From a virus (lineage: Duplodnaviria; Caudoviricetes): a stretch of 42,441 nt of DNA. The stretch spans positions 1 to 42,441 of the IMG/VR virus record IMGVR_UViG_3300023260_000001; one strand, given 5' to 3'. The notes below the pieces were generated by a model that had not been told where the DNA came from, ran no database searches, and worked only from the letters and a program-made list of their open reading frames with translations. A program made the position numbers and the translations under genes. The stretch's first letter is position 1; every line of letters starts with the position of its first letter. This document shows positions 1 to 8,725 of this stretch, piece by piece.

Positions 1-74
1 CATGCTGCTGCGTCGAGGCGTAAAAGCCGAACACAGGGAACACGATGACCTGCGTTGCGAACGCCACGCCAAGC
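1..74. repeat. Terminal direct repeat (circular assembly overlap), left copy
   Basis: 1-74 is identical to 42368-42441. Confidence 0.97.
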
Positions 75-127
75 CCGACGACGACATTCGCCACGGCCTC
101 GAGCGCGCTTAGGCGGCGGGATTGCAT
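1..127 (-). CDS. Small membrane protein (DUF7220-like), 5' part; continues across the circular junction
   Basis: ATG at 127; joined reading MQSRRLSALEAVANVVVGLGVAFATQVIVFPVFGFYASTQQHAAITGIFTAVSLVRSYALRRVFNRIRTVR*; two hydrophobic segments; not in the ORF track. Confidence 0.8.
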   Translation of the reverse strand, partial: MQSRRLSALEAVANVVVGLGVAFATQVIVFPVFGFYASTQQH

Positions 128-426
128 TGGGTGATTAGGATGCGATACGCCCATGCGCCTTTATGTGTGCATGCGTTGTAGCCATCCTCTCCCTTCACAA
201 CGACCTTTGCGATAAACCCTTCGCTTAGCAGCGTGTCGCGTGACGATTTCGATGGCACGTCACCGTCAAACAATGGGCCGTGCTTGAACGCCGCATATAT
301 CGTGTCGATCTCCCCGCCGGTCATGTGCTGCACACGGTCGATTAGTTCGATGTTGGCCTTGATCTCTTCTGCGCTGTCTAACGACAAGTCAGAGTGAAGT
401 GCTCCCAACAAATTACGAATTTTCAT
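109..426 (-). CDS. Hypothetical protein
   Basis: 105-aa ORF in the leftward operon. Confidence 0.65.
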   Translation of the reverse strand: MKIRNLLGALHSDLSLDSAEEIKANIELIDRVQHMTGGEIDTIYAAFKHGPLFDGDVPSKSSRDTLLSEGFIAKVVVKGEDGYNACTHKGAWAYRILITQCNPAA

Positions 427-529
427 GGTTCTTCCATTCTTGAGTGTGTGCAGAGAATCCGTTTCTGCTTCGGTGAATACTTTCAGTCGTTCCCATATTG
501 GACTTGACCGCCAGCCTTGCGATCACTCG

Positions 530-979
530 CTAATTTCCGGCCGGTAGCAGTTCGGATAGCACTTCGTTCCTGGCGATCTCCGACCTGATCTGAATCGTTC
601 GCACGATGTCAGCCGCCTGGCTGACGCGCAGCTTCAGCGCCTGATGCTTGCAGCTTGCGATGTCCCGGCGAACCGCTGCAATGTCAGCCTCGAATATCGG
701 GTTGCCGTCATGGAGATCGCTGGCCAGCTTCGTCAGTGCAGCAGTCGATGCCGGAACGCCGTGCTTCTCTGTTGCGAGCTCGTGGAACTCGACCAGTCCG
801 TTCAGCGCGGCGGGCAGGTCAAACCATTCGCCGTTCCCATGCTCCATGAACACGACCTGGTCGCCGTTCGTCTCGACGGTTCCGTCGATCTCCATCCGAT
901 CCAGCATGCGCTCGACCGGCGTGAATACGGCCATGACGAGCCAGGGCTGCGTACGCAGAAGCGGGTCGATGCGCTTCAT
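530..979 (-). CDS. Hypothetical protein
   Basis: 149-aa ORF with GAGG RBS, overlapping the upstream stop. Confidence 0.75.
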   Translation of the reverse strand: MKRIDPLLRTQPWLVMAVFTPVERMLDRMEIDGTVETNGDQVVFMEHGNGEWFDLPAALNGLVEFHELATEKHGVPASTAALTKLASDLHDGNPIFEADIAAVRRDIASCKHQALKLRVSQAADIVRTIQIRSEIARNEVLSELLPAGN

Positions 980-1140
980 ACATCGCGCCTCACGAATTCA
1001 GACTGCGGATTCGTGTGCGTACTGATCGGCGTCTCGACGGCGCGCTTCACGATCTGGACCAGGTCGATGTATGCCTGATGAACTCTCTGCATGTCATCGG
1101 CGCAGAGCATCTGTATTTGTGTGTTGCTCATTGAGATCAT
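976..1140 (-). CDS. Hypothetical protein
   Basis: ATG 1140 after GGAGG; 4-bp overlaps with both neighbours. Confidence 0.6.
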   Translation of the reverse strand: MISMSNTQIQMLCADDMQRVHQAYIDLVQIVKRAVETPISTHTNPQSEFVRRDV

Positions 1141-1361
1141 GCTGCCTCCGTGGTGATGTTTCGGCCGCAGCCGTCGCATTCTGGATCGGTCGCACGGTCG
1201 GTGTGGCCGCAGGGAATGTCGAGCCACTGGCTGGTGATGCGGACCATGCGAGGAATTCTGGTGAGATCAGCGCCAGCGGTCAGTATCGTCGGCTCCCATC
1301 CGGCCTGAACCCACTGCACATCCGGCGCGCTGGGGTCGTTGTTGCGGCAGGTGTAGGTCAT
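1137..1361 (-). CDS. Hypothetical Cys-containing protein
   Basis: 74 aa, ATGA overlaps, CxxC near the C-terminus. Confidence 0.6.
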   Translation of the reverse strand: MTYTCRNNDPSAPDVQWVQAGWEPTILTAGADLTRIPRMVRITSQWLDIPCGHTDRATDPECDGCGRNITTEAA

Positions 1362-1837
1362 GCGGATGGGTCCGGCGTGGTGGGCAGTGCGCGGATATCA
1401 TTCGCGCAGACGCTCATCTGCCATGCGGCAGCGCGTAGGTATGGCACTTCCTCGCGCTCGTCGTTTTCGATTGCTCGCTGCGCTGCGGATTCGTTCCTGC
1501 TGGCTCGGTCGTCGCAAACCTTCGCGCACCGCTCCCGCTCTTCCTCGCGTGCTTTGGCGAGGGCGGAAGCTTCCCGATCTAACACTGCATGCATTTCACC
1601 TGCATCGCGATCCGCAGTTGCGTATGCGCATCGTATTTGCTCGTTTGCCGCCGCAAGCTGTTCGCGCAGGGCGTCGATCTCTGCCTGCTGGTCGGCGCGG
1701 GCTTGATTTAATCCCCATTTAGCACCGGCACTGAACCCGTTGAACACGTCTGACCAGTTTTCGTCATCGCCATATTCATTTGCATACTTCTCGCAAGCCT
1801 CGTACCCGACAGCATTAATTTCCTGGTTACTCAGCAT
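1358..1837 (-). CDS. Hypothetical mosaic coiled-coil phage protein
   Basis: Start MLSNQ after a GGGAG RBS; contains the common phage segment ERERCAKVC...ANDIRAL. Confidence 0.65.
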   Translation of the reverse strand: MLSNQEINAVGYEACEKYANEYGDDENWSDVFNGFSAGAKWGLNQARADQQAEIDALREQLAAANEQIRCAYATADRDAGEMHAVLDREASALAKAREEERERCAKVCDDRASRNESAAQRAIENDEREEVPYLRAAAWQMSVCANDIRALPTTPDPSA

Positions 1838-2381
1838 GACCGGCTCCCTTCGCTGCGATGGCGGCGTCGATTGCCGCGGCGTCCGTTGCGTGGCTGATCC
1901 GAAGCTCATCCATTTCGATGTGATCGAAGGCGGTTCGTAGCGCCTTCCGCAGCCGCGCCACCTCGGCCTCAAGCTCGGCGATGCGTTCTGTAGGCAGTTC
2001 ATCGCGCAGATATGTTGCTGGCGGAACTTCATCGTCGCTGTATGTACCCGCCAACCACATGTCTAGCAGCTCGACGCCCCGGCTTACCGTCATCTCTCCG
2101 GACTGCATAGAACTGAGCATTACGTACATGTCTCGCCCATCAAGCTCGGCCACGCGGTCGGGCTGCGGAGCGTCGTAGAACTGAGCGCCAAGCGGAAATT
2201 CTGTCCAGTGCTTGAACCAATTAAGCATCGGCCCGTATTCGTCTATCCCTGATAGCTCGACCACCGGCTCCGCAGCCTGGGCGATCTTCGACTCTTCCGG
2301 CCACTCAACCTTAAACCCTTCGCTCGCATACACCTCGCCGGCTGCGTCGCAGCACTCGGCGATCAGTTTGTTGTCTTGCAT
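1827..2381 (-). CDS. Hypothetical mosaic phage protein
   Basis: 184 aa with repeated R(V/I)AEL(D/E) linker segments. Confidence 0.65.
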   Translation of the reverse strand: MQDNKLIAECCDAAGEVYASEGFKVEWPEESKIAQAAEPVVELSGIDEYGPMLNWFKHWTEFPLGAQFYDAPQPDRVAELDGRDMYVMLSSMQSGEMTVSRGVELLDMWLAGTYSDDEVPPATYLRDELPTERIAELEAEVARLRKALRTAFDHIEMDELRISHATDAAAIDAAIAAKGAGHAE

Positions 2382-2391
2382 TCCATCTTCC

Positions 2392-2466
2392 TCACTTTCT
2401 ATCGGCCCAGCTGCAGATCATCGCGAACGCTAGGAACATCCCTAGCAGGATCAGTCCATCAACCAT
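2392..2466 (-). CDS. Putative 24-aa membrane peptide
   Basis: MVDGLILLGMFLAFAMICSWADRK*; GAGGT RBS; fills the intergenic gap. Confidence 0.4.
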   Translation of the reverse strand: MVDGLILLGMFLAFAMICSWADRK

Positions 2467-2475
2467 TTCAGTACC

Positions 2476-2694
2476 TCACGTATTCAGGAACTCGATGATG
2501 TCGCCGCGGCGATACCGGATCGGACTTCTGATTCCGTTGCCGAGCTTCCGGTATTTCGGACCCTTCCGCTGACCTCGCCACTGTTCGAGCGTCGAGACTG
2601 CGATGCGCAACTTTTTAGCGACCTCCTGAGGTGTTAGCAGATCGTCATCAGTTTCGGTTCTGGCTGCGGTATCGGCTGCGGTTCGGGTCGTCAT
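2476..2694 (-). CDS. Helix-turn-helix DNA-binding protein, excisionase/AlpA-like
   Basis: LLTPQEVAKKLRIAVSTLEQWRGQRKGPKYRKLG...IRYRRGDI pattern. Confidence 0.85.
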   Translation of the reverse strand: MTTRTAADTAARTETDDDLLTPQEVAKKLRIAVSTLEQWRGQRKGPKYRKLGNGIRSPIRYRRGDIIEFLNT

Positions 2695-2706
2695 GGGCTA
2701 CCTCCG

Positions 2707-3558
2707 TCAGATCGGGCTGTCGTGTTCCTGTGGCGATTGGTCGATATGGTCGTGCTCGATCACCTCGCCGCCTTCGATGGTTACGCTGTCATCGTCGGGC
2801 TGCTCGCTGGCTGCTGCGGCAACTGTGTTGAGGCGCGTGGGGCGGGTGCGTGGTGTCGGGGCTGCGGCGCCGTTCTGCGGTTCCTGCGATGGCTGCTCGG
2901 CGGGCGGCATAAACAGGTCATCGTCTGAGCGCAGCAGGTCGTCGAGGTCTGTGCTCATGGGAAGGCGCTTCGAATGTCTGCGAACTACTGTCTTCTTCGC
3001 CATCTCGTCGAAATCAGATACCCATGGTCCGGATTTTCCTGAGCGGCTGCGATTGCGGATGGCGTTAATCTGATCGACGTCCATGAACTCGCGACTGCGC
3101 TCGCCGTCTTTCATCAGCACGATTGAGTAAGCACCGATGATCGATCCACGATTGCGCAGTGCTGGCTTGTGCGTGATGTGCTCGTCGTCGCCGAGCGTGT
3201 AGTCGAACGTGTCGTTCTCATAGACAGCTTGGACAGACCAGGTGCTGACCTCCCCGCTATTTCTCACAAGCTTCTGGAGGCCAGACACCATGACCATCCA
3301 CTGCGCCTTGCCGGAGAACGTGACGATGGCGCCCTCGCGACCATCCGGAAGAAGGCCCTGCTGTGCTGCGCGCATCGCGGCGTTGTACAGGCTGCGGCGA
3401 TCTACGTTCAGCAGGTCCGGGTTGTTCTGAACGGCCGTCATGGCGACACGCTGGAAGCGCTCCACGTTGACGTGCGCGGGTAGTGCTTTCTTGAACTCAG
3501 GGCCCATCTTGGTGATGGCGCCGCGGACTTCATCGATAACGGTAAGCTGGTTACTCAT
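2707..3558 (-). CDS. recT: RecT-family ssDNA annealing protein
   Basis: ALPAHVNVERFQRVAMTAVQNNPDL, GLLPDG, GPWVSDFDEMAKKTVVRRHSKRLPMS; likely start MSNQ at 3558. Confidence 0.93.
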   Translation of the reverse strand: MSNQLTVIDEVRGAITKMGPEFKKALPAHVNVERFQRVAMTAVQNNPDLLNVDRRSLYNAAMRAAQQGLLPDGREGAIVTFSGKAQWMVMVSGLQKLVRNSGEVSTWSVQAVYENDTFDYTLGDDEHITHKPALRNRGSIIGAYSIVLMKDGERSREFMDVDQINAIRNRSRSGKSGPWVSDFDEMAKKTVVRRHSKRLPMSTDLDDLLRSDDDLFMPPAEQPSQEPQNGAAAPTPRTRPTRLNTVAAAASEQPDDDSVTIEGGEVIEHDHIDQSPQEHDSPI

Positions 3559-3583
3559 GTTGGTTCCTATTGTGTGGCCGCGA

Positions 3584-4549
3584 TCAGGCTGCAGCCTTTG
3601 CCTTTTTCGTCTTCGACAAACGGATATTGCGATAGCCTTTGCGACCGCCGTAGCTGGTCCCAATGTCAGCCTCGGTAATCACGTGCGCCGGCGTATCCGT
3701 CACCAGACCAGCGCTAACCGTCCAGTCTGACGTGACAACCTTCTCCGCATCGCCGATGGCCAGCAGCAGTTCTGCCTTCAGAACTTTCGCCTGCTCGTCG
3801 TGCGAGTCGCGCCTGGTGCAGGCCTCTTTGTATTTCGTCACCAGCGTTTCGATAGTCGCATCACCGGTGGCGTCTAAAATCTTTCCAGGCTCCGCATAAC
3901 GGTTCATCCGGATCACAGCCTCGGCGTCGTCCGGCATCATCGGCGGCGGTTCGATGTTGGCGTCGACCGATTTCCAGAACTCAGCGACCGTCTTCTCGAT
4001 GCCGTCGATCACCTCGTCGTCGCGCTTGCGCTCAAGCACTACGGCGCGATTGCCTCCGATCAGGGCGCCGATGAACGAGCGCTTGAATCCTGATACGGCC
4101 ATCTGGTGCTGAACCTGAACCTCGATGTGAACCGGTGCCTCGATGAACCCGTCGTCATGCTCCAGCCAGCCATCGCGGAACGCCAGGTAATCGACGTTCT
4201 TGATCTCAAGGTGTGCAGGTCCGTCTGGCAGGTTCGTAATCATGAAGTCGAACGAGGACCCGAGGCGCATGTCAGGACGGCGCCAGTAGGATTTCATCGG
4301 CTCGATGGTCCATCCGTACTGCTCGGCGAGGCCTTGCGCGATGGCGGCCTCGAGGTGATTTCCCCAGGCCATGCGCTCGTTAGCTTCGAATGCTGGAACA
4401 ACGCCGGAATGCTTTCGGTGCCAAATTTCGAATCGCGTGGCGTATGGCGACTCGCCGAATAGCGCGGCTGACTCGGTGCTCGTCACATCGACAGCGCGGG
4501 CTGCGTGCCACTCTGCGTCGGTCGTGTAGCGGATGATTTCGACGGGCAT
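3584..4549 (-). CDS. YqaJ/lambda-exonuclease family recombinase exonuclease
   Basis: WHAAR...TSTESAALFGESPY, WGNHLE, SSFD, LEIKN, QVQHQMAVSG; adjacent to recT. Confidence 0.92.
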   Translation of the reverse strand: MPVEIIRYTTDAEWHAARAVDVTSTESAALFGESPYATRFEIWHRKHSGVVPAFEANERMAWGNHLEAAIAQGLAEQYGWTIEPMKSYWRRPDMRLGSSFDFMITNLPDGPAHLEIKNVDYLAFRDGWLEHDDGFIEAPVHIEVQVQHQMAVSGFKRSFIGALIGGNRAVVLERKRDDEVIDGIEKTVAEFWKSVDANIEPPPMMPDDAEAVIRMNRYAEPGKILDATGDATIETLVTKYKEACTRRDSHDEQAKVLKAELLLAIGDAEKVVTSDWTVSAGLVTDTPAHVITEADIGTSYGGRKGYRNIRLSKTKKAKAAA

Positions 4550-4553
4550 GGAC

Positions 4554-4682
4554 TTACGCTCTCGACAGAAGGATGGATTGAGCAGTCAGAAAAACGATTG
4601 TCATGATCGCCGATACCCATTCCGGCAAACATCGGGCGCAGAAAATCATTGCACCTATCCCGCAATATTCGACGGCACTCAT
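4554..4682 (-). CDS. Putative 42-aa hydrophobic peptide
   Basis: MSAVEYCGIGAMIFCARCLPEWVSAIMTIVFLTAQSILLSRA*; ATGA overlap with the upstream gene. Confidence 0.45.
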   Translation of the reverse strand: MSAVEYCGIGAMIFCARCLPEWVSAIMTIVFLTAQSILLSRA

Positions 4683-4903
4683 GCCACAGCCTCAAGCGCT
4701 TCGACATGTTCGAACGCATCAGCCGCGGCGATCAGCTTAGCTGCCATCTCGCGCGCCTGGTGGGGCGCCATGTGGAAATGCATGCTCATTGCGCCGGCGT
4801 AGTGGATCAGCGTGACGATCTTCTCTCCTGACTCTGATGGCCATGCGGAGACTGACACTGACCGCAGGTACATACCGTTCTGCTCTGTTTCATACAGCGA
4901 CAT
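4679..4903 (-). CDS. Hypothetical protein, first gene of the leftward early operon
   Basis: 74 aa, AAAGG RBS, downstream of the PL-like promoter. Confidence 0.7.
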   Translation of the reverse strand: MSLYETEQNGMYLRSVSVSAWPSESGEKIVTLIHYAGAMSMHFHMAPHQAREMAAKLIAAADAFEHVEALEAVA

Positions 4904-4921
4904 CTTGTGTGCCTTTCAAAC

Positions 4922-4964
4922 GTTGCGATAAACACATCATACAGGGCGATGCGAAAAACGCAAG
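4922..4964 (-). promoter_or_regulatory. PL-like sigma70 promoter overlapped by two 17-bp operators
   Basis: Minus-strand TTGCGT-N16-TATGAT (4963-4936); operators GTTGCGATAAACACATC 4922-4938 and GATGCGAAAAACGCAAG 4948-4964. Confidence 0.75.
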
Positions 4965-4967
4965 TGG

Positions 4968-5579
4968 TTTATGATCGAGGCCGTCGATATCGACTGGCAT
5001 GTGCCGATTCTGCTGATCCAGCCGTAAACCTGCGAATCCGGTCGGCGTGACGACGTCGTGCTTGCCGCGCATGAATGAGCGCTTCGGCGTGCCGAGATAC
5101 ATCACGCCGCTCTGCAGCCGGCAGATCGACAGCCGGCCAATCTCTGGCTTCTCGCCGGGGTTTATGTCGCGCTTGTACAGAACCCATCCGTCCATATGCT
5201 CGAGCGCGCCGGTGCCGGTTCGGCACTGAATCGCGGCGATGTTGTCTGGCAGTCCGGCGCCAGGGTGCAGCGTCTCTCCCATCGGTTCCCAGTGCGCTTC
5301 GCCTTCCGGGTCGATGTAGCCGACGAACGGAATTCTTTCGCCGCCGCTCTCGACGCGAACGCCGGCAGCTTTCATGACCTCGTCAGCGGGAACGCCGAGC
5401 AGGCGCGCGATCGATACGGCCTCGGTGATTTTCATGGTGCGCTTACCGTGGAAGGTAAGCGATAGCGCCGAGGCGTCCATTCCAAGCGTTCGCGCCAGGC
5501 CTCGCTGACTGATCCTGCTGTCAGCCATCCGCGCCTTGAACCAAGCCGTGTCGATTTTCTCAACGGTATTCCGTGGCAT
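4968..5579 (-). pseudogene. cI: CI-like repressor (XRE HTH plus degenerate S24-like C-domain) with an inverted 3' end
   Basis: HTH ISQRGLARTLGMDASALSLTFHGKR; native-looking terminus MIEAVDIDWHVPILLIQP* lies on the + strand at 4971-5027; as written the ORF runs on to 4890 through the promoter. Confidence 0.85.
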
Positions 5580-5580
5580 G

Positions 5581-5653
5581 GTGCGGTTATTACCGCACTG
5601 ATGCGGGGATTGCAACAGCGCAGGTTTAAGCCTAGAATTGCGATTATCTCAAC
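5581..5653. promoter_or_regulatory. Divergent cI/cro control region (PR, operators)
   Basis: + strand TTGCAA-N17-TAGAAT (5610-5638); operators 5600-5616 and 5637-5653; palindrome GTGCGGT-TATT-ACCGCAC 5581-5598 just upstream of the cI ATG. Confidence 0.75.
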
Positions 5654-5670
5654 AGCGATGCGCCAACCAC

Positions 5671-5901
5671 ATGACATCTAAAATTTCCTCCCCTGCCGAT
5701 CGCGTGATTACCGCGTTTGGTGGCGTCCGTGAGACGGCGCGCGCTCTGAATCGGAACCCATCGTCTGTTTCTCGTTGGCGGTCCTCGAAGGAGGACGGCG
5801 GTACCGGCGGGAGAGTTCCTGGACCGATTCAGGGGACTGTTCTTGAAGCTGCGAAGTCGCGCGGGATTGCGCTGACAGCTGATGATCTGATGCCAGGCTA
5901 A
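5671..5901 (+). CDS. cro: Cro-like HTH regulator
   Basis: VITAFGGVRETARALNRNPSSVSRW...GGRVP; divergent from cI. Confidence 0.85.
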   Translation: MTSKISSPADRVITAFGGVRETARALNRNPSSVSRWRSSKEDGGTGGRVPGPIQGTVLEAAKSRGIALTADDLMPG

Positions 5902-5922
5902 AACACAGGATTGGTCGGTGCA

Positions 5923-6033
5923 ATGAGATTCTTCCGTGGATTAAAGATCGCGCTGATTTTGTCCTTAGTAATTTGGACTGGGATTTACCTTCTATTGAGT
6001 CAATGTATGGTCGGTGTGAGAGTAGCCTCGTGA
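5923..6033 (+). CDS. Putative 36-aa membrane peptide
   Basis: MRFFRGLKIALILSLVIWTGIYLLLSQCMVGVRVAS*; GTGA overlap with the helicase start. Confidence 0.5.
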   Translation: MRFFRGLKIALILSLVIWTGIYLLLSQCMVGVRVAS

Positions 6034-7463
6034 TCGAGCTTCGACCTCGACAGTCGAAGGCAATCGACGATCTTCGGTCAGCCTATCGAGCTGGGAAGGT
6101 TGCGCCTCTGCTTCGTGCGGCAACAGGCTTCGGGAAAACTGCAACAGCAATCCACATGATTGCGTCGGCAGTCGCTCGAGGAAATCGCGTCTGGTTCCTG
6201 TCGCACCTCAAGGAAATCAACGCCGACACAGCGCGGCGCCTGGCTGCAGAGCAGATGCCGTTCTCCTACATCCAGGCCGGGTTGCTGCATGACAAGCGAC
6301 AGCCGATTCAGGTTGTCAGCGTGCAGACCGCGGCGCGCAGGCTGGATCGTCTCGAGCGGCCGAACTTCATCATCGTCGACGAGAGTCACTTGGCGATCGC
6401 CGCTACTTATCAGGACGTGTTCAAGTGGGCCAAGGCAGGCCCGAAGTTCCACGAACCAATCGGCGCCAAGCTGCTGCTGCTGACCGCTACTCCGGTTCGC
6501 CTCGATGGCCGCGGTATGGGTGAGGTGTCCGACATCATCATCGACACATGCTCGACGCAGGACCTGATCGACGAGCGGTTGCTGGCTCCGATCCGCTACT
6601 ACGCTCCGCCACCTCCGGACCTGTCTGCCGTGCATACGTTGGCCGGAGAGTTCAACCAGGGCGAGCTCGCCGCGGCAATGGACAAGCCGAAAATCACAGG
6701 CAGCGCTGTCGCCGAATGGATGAAGGTCGCGCGCTACAGGCCGACGATTGCGTTCTGCGTGTCGATAGATCATGCAAACCACGTCACAGAGCAGTTCCGC
6801 CTGGCCGGCGTTCGTGCCGTGGCAGTGTCTGGCGAGTCTGATCCGATCGCACGAGATGCTGCGCTGTCCGATCTGCAGGCCGGTCGTGTCGACGTGGTGT
6901 GCAACTGCGCGCTATGGGTCGCCGGCGTCGACGCACCGTCTGTGTCCTGCATCATCCTCCTGGCGCCAACGCAATCGCTAACGAAGTTCCTCCAGTCAAT
7001 CGGCCGCGGCCTTCGTATGCATGACGGCAAGGACTGCTGCGTCATCCTCGATCACGCCGGCAATATCGGCAGGCACGGAAACCCGGCCGAGGCGCGCGAG
7101 TGGTCGCTGTATGGATCTGGCAAGCGTCGATCTGCGCCACAGGAAATGCCGGTCAAGACCTGCCCGTCGTGTTATCGCACGGTGATGGCGGTGGCGACTG
7201 ACTGCACGTGCGGCCACCACTTCGTCGCCAAGCCACGAATCGTCGAGCAGGTCGACGGCGAGCTCGCCGAGGTCGATCTGAAAGCGGCGAAGAAGGCCGA
7301 GCAGTCTCAGTCACGACAGCAGCAGGGCAGGGCGAAGACGCTGCAGGAACTGATCGCACTCGCTCATGCGCGAAAAATTCGCAGGCCTGAACTGTGGGCC
7401 CGCGCCGTGATGACAGGCCGAATCGCTCGCGACGCTAAACGAGAGAACCTGAACCGTGGCTGA
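6030..7463 (+). CDS. Superfamily II DEAD/DEAH helicase with C-terminal Zn ribbon
   Basis: ATGFGKT, IIVDESH, LTATP, QSIGRGLR, CPSC...CTCG; GTG start at 6030. Confidence 0.93.
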   Translation: MIELRPRQSKAIDDLRSAYRAGKVAPLLRAATGFGKTATAIHMIASAVARGNRVWFLSHLKEINADTARRLAAEQMPFSYIQAGLLHDKRQPIQVVSVQTAARRLDRLERPNFIIVDESHLAIAATYQDVFKWAKAGPKFHEPIGAKLLLLTATPVRLDGRGMGEVSDIIIDTCSTQDLIDERLLAPIRYYAPPPPDLSAVHTLAGEFNQGELAAAMDKPKITGSAVAEWMKVARYRPTIAFCVSIDHANHVTEQFRLAGVRAVAVSGESDPIARDAALSDLQAGRVDVVCNCALWVAGVDAPSVSCIILLAPTQSLTKFLQSIGRGLRMHDGKDCCVILDHAGNIGRHGNPAEAREWSLYGSGKRRSAPQEMPVKTCPSCYRTVMAVATDCTCGHHFVAKPRIVEQVDGELAEVDLKAAKKAEQSQSRQQQGRAKTLQELIALAHARKIRRPELWARAVMTGRIARDAKRENLNRG

Positions 7464-7716
7464 TCACTGTCTTGGCTGCAGCGCTATCGAAACTAATCCG
7501 GTCACGCTGCTGGATGGCACCGTCGTCTGCAACTCATGTCCAGCGTGGAAGCAGGAATGTCTCGCACGCGATACAGAAGCGCGATCAATCCTGGCGATGC
7601 CGAAGAACGACCGACGTGGCGCGATCGATGCCTACGCGCGACGCAACGGAGACGAAGCCGGCCGGCGTCTCGAGGCGACGATTAAGCTGCTGTGGGGATT
7701 CCGAAGTAAGACGTGA
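7456..7716 (+). CDS. Hypothetical Cys-rich protein
   Basis: 86 aa overlapping the helicase stop; CLGC and CNSC motifs. Confidence 0.7.
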   Translation: MADHCLGCSAIETNPVTLLDGTVVCNSCPAWKQECLARDTEARSILAMPKNDRRGAIDAYARRNGDEAGRRLEATIKLLWGFRSKT

Positions 7717-7775
7717 CTGCACCCACGGGCAGTGGCTGGCGTTGTGGCCGGTTCCGCCGCAGAGGGTGCAGTGGG

Positions 7776-8102
7776 TCATGGGAGTGATGCGCCGATCTCT
7801 GCCGCAGCGCGGACGATGGCGCGACGGGTGGCGGCGTATGGATCGCCGTTGTGTAGCTCACGGTATATCTTGCCGTTGTCGTCTGCCCACGATGCGCCTC
7901 TGATTGAGTAGCATCCGATGCCCAGCTTCACCGCCAGCCGCAGCGCATCGCCGTCTGATATGAGCGGGTTCCATGCAATCTGCTCCCATCCAGCAAACGG
8001 CGTCTCCATCGGGTATCCGTTGAACGACAAACACCATTCCAAATCTAACCCCGCCGCCTTCGCCGCCAGCTCTAGTAGTTCGCGATCAGTCCGCGCGCTC
8101 AC
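7776..8102 (-). CDS. Hypothetical phage protein
   Basis: Common phage family pattern DRELLELAAKAAG...WNPLISDGDALRLAVKL...AATRRAIVRAAAEIG. Confidence 0.85.
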   Translation of the reverse strand: MSARTDRELLELAAKAAGLDLEWCLSFNGYPMETPFAGWEQIAWNPLISDGDALRLAVKLGIGCYSIRGASWADDNGKIYRELHNGDPYAATRRAIVRAAAEIGASLP

Positions 8103-8359
8103 ATTTCACCCCGCATCTGTTCAACGCACTCGCGCTCAATCCGCTCGCGCTCGTCCTCGGTCATCTTGCGCTCGAGCCAGGCAGCGTAACGGCCGCGACG
8201 GTCCATGACGGAGAACCCGACCTCCGTATAGCCGTAGTAGTCCACATCGCTGTCGCAGCTGTGCGGGCTGCCACGATGTGGCGGAACGTGGATGAAAACG
8301 TCGACCTCGATCTGGCAGGGGATTCCGGCGACGGTGGATTCGAATGTGGTGAGGATCAT
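8099..8359 (-). CDS. Hypothetical phage protein
   Basis: VAGIPCQI...DVDYYGYTE...DRRGRYAAWLERKMT; GAGGG RBS. Confidence 0.8.
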   Translation of the reverse strand: MILTTFESTVAGIPCQIEVDVFIHVPPHRGSPHSCDSDVDYYGYTEVGFSVMDRRGRYAAWLERKMTEDERERIERECVEQMRGEM

Positions 8360-8369
8360 GGCTGCGCCC

Positions 8370-8657
8370 TCAGTTGCAGCGAGCCAGAGCGGCATCGTAC
8401 ATCGCATCGCCAGGGAACAAGCGAACGCGGCCCGTCTCGAAGTAGTCGGTCGATGTGTCGGTGTCGTTCTGGTAGTTCTCGAACATCGAACCGAGCTTGC
8501 GGCCGTCTTGCCAGTCCTTGGCGTACAGCGTGACGCACTTGCGGGTTCCGCCGGTCATGCCGAGCTTCACATCGGCGTAGATTTCGCCTTCAGAGTAGTG
8601 AACGCGGGCCTTCTCGGTGCCGTTGGTTACGTAGTGCTTCATGAATTTGATGTTCAT
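8370..8657 (-). CDS. Hypothetical protein
   Basis: 95 aa, GAGGGG RBS, own promoter upstream. Confidence 0.8.
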   Translation of the reverse strand: MNIKFMKHYVTNGTEKARVHYSEGEIYADVKLGMTGGTRKCVTLYAKDWQDGRKLGSMFENYQNDTDTSTDYFETGRVRLFPGDAMYDAALARCN

Positions 8658-8695
8658 TTCGTTCCCCTCAGTGCGTTGCGTTATTCAGTAACTGC

Positions 8696-8725
8696 AGTCT
8701 AATCCAGTGATGCGAAAAACGCAAC
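8696..8725 (-). promoter_or_regulatory. Leftward sigma70 promoter with 17-bp operator
   Basis: TTGCGT-N17-TAGACT (8724-8696); GATGCGAAAAACGCAAC 8709-8725, 16 nt identical to 4948-4963. Confidence 0.75.

Noticed and set aside
1-74. Biological terminal repeat (T7-like)
   Set aside because: It falls inside a coding sequence and looks like an assembler overlap; true packaging ends cannot be read from this.
991-1015. CACGAAT...ATTCGTG inverted repeat
   Set aside because: Short stem inside an ORF with no U-tract or frame disruption; compatible with chance.
4966-5030. 6-bp inverted repeat GGTTTA/TAAACC as the cI inversion crossover
   Set aside because: Flipping there gives GFAGL* and leaves MIEAVDIDW out of frame; the TT/AA boundaries restore the frame.
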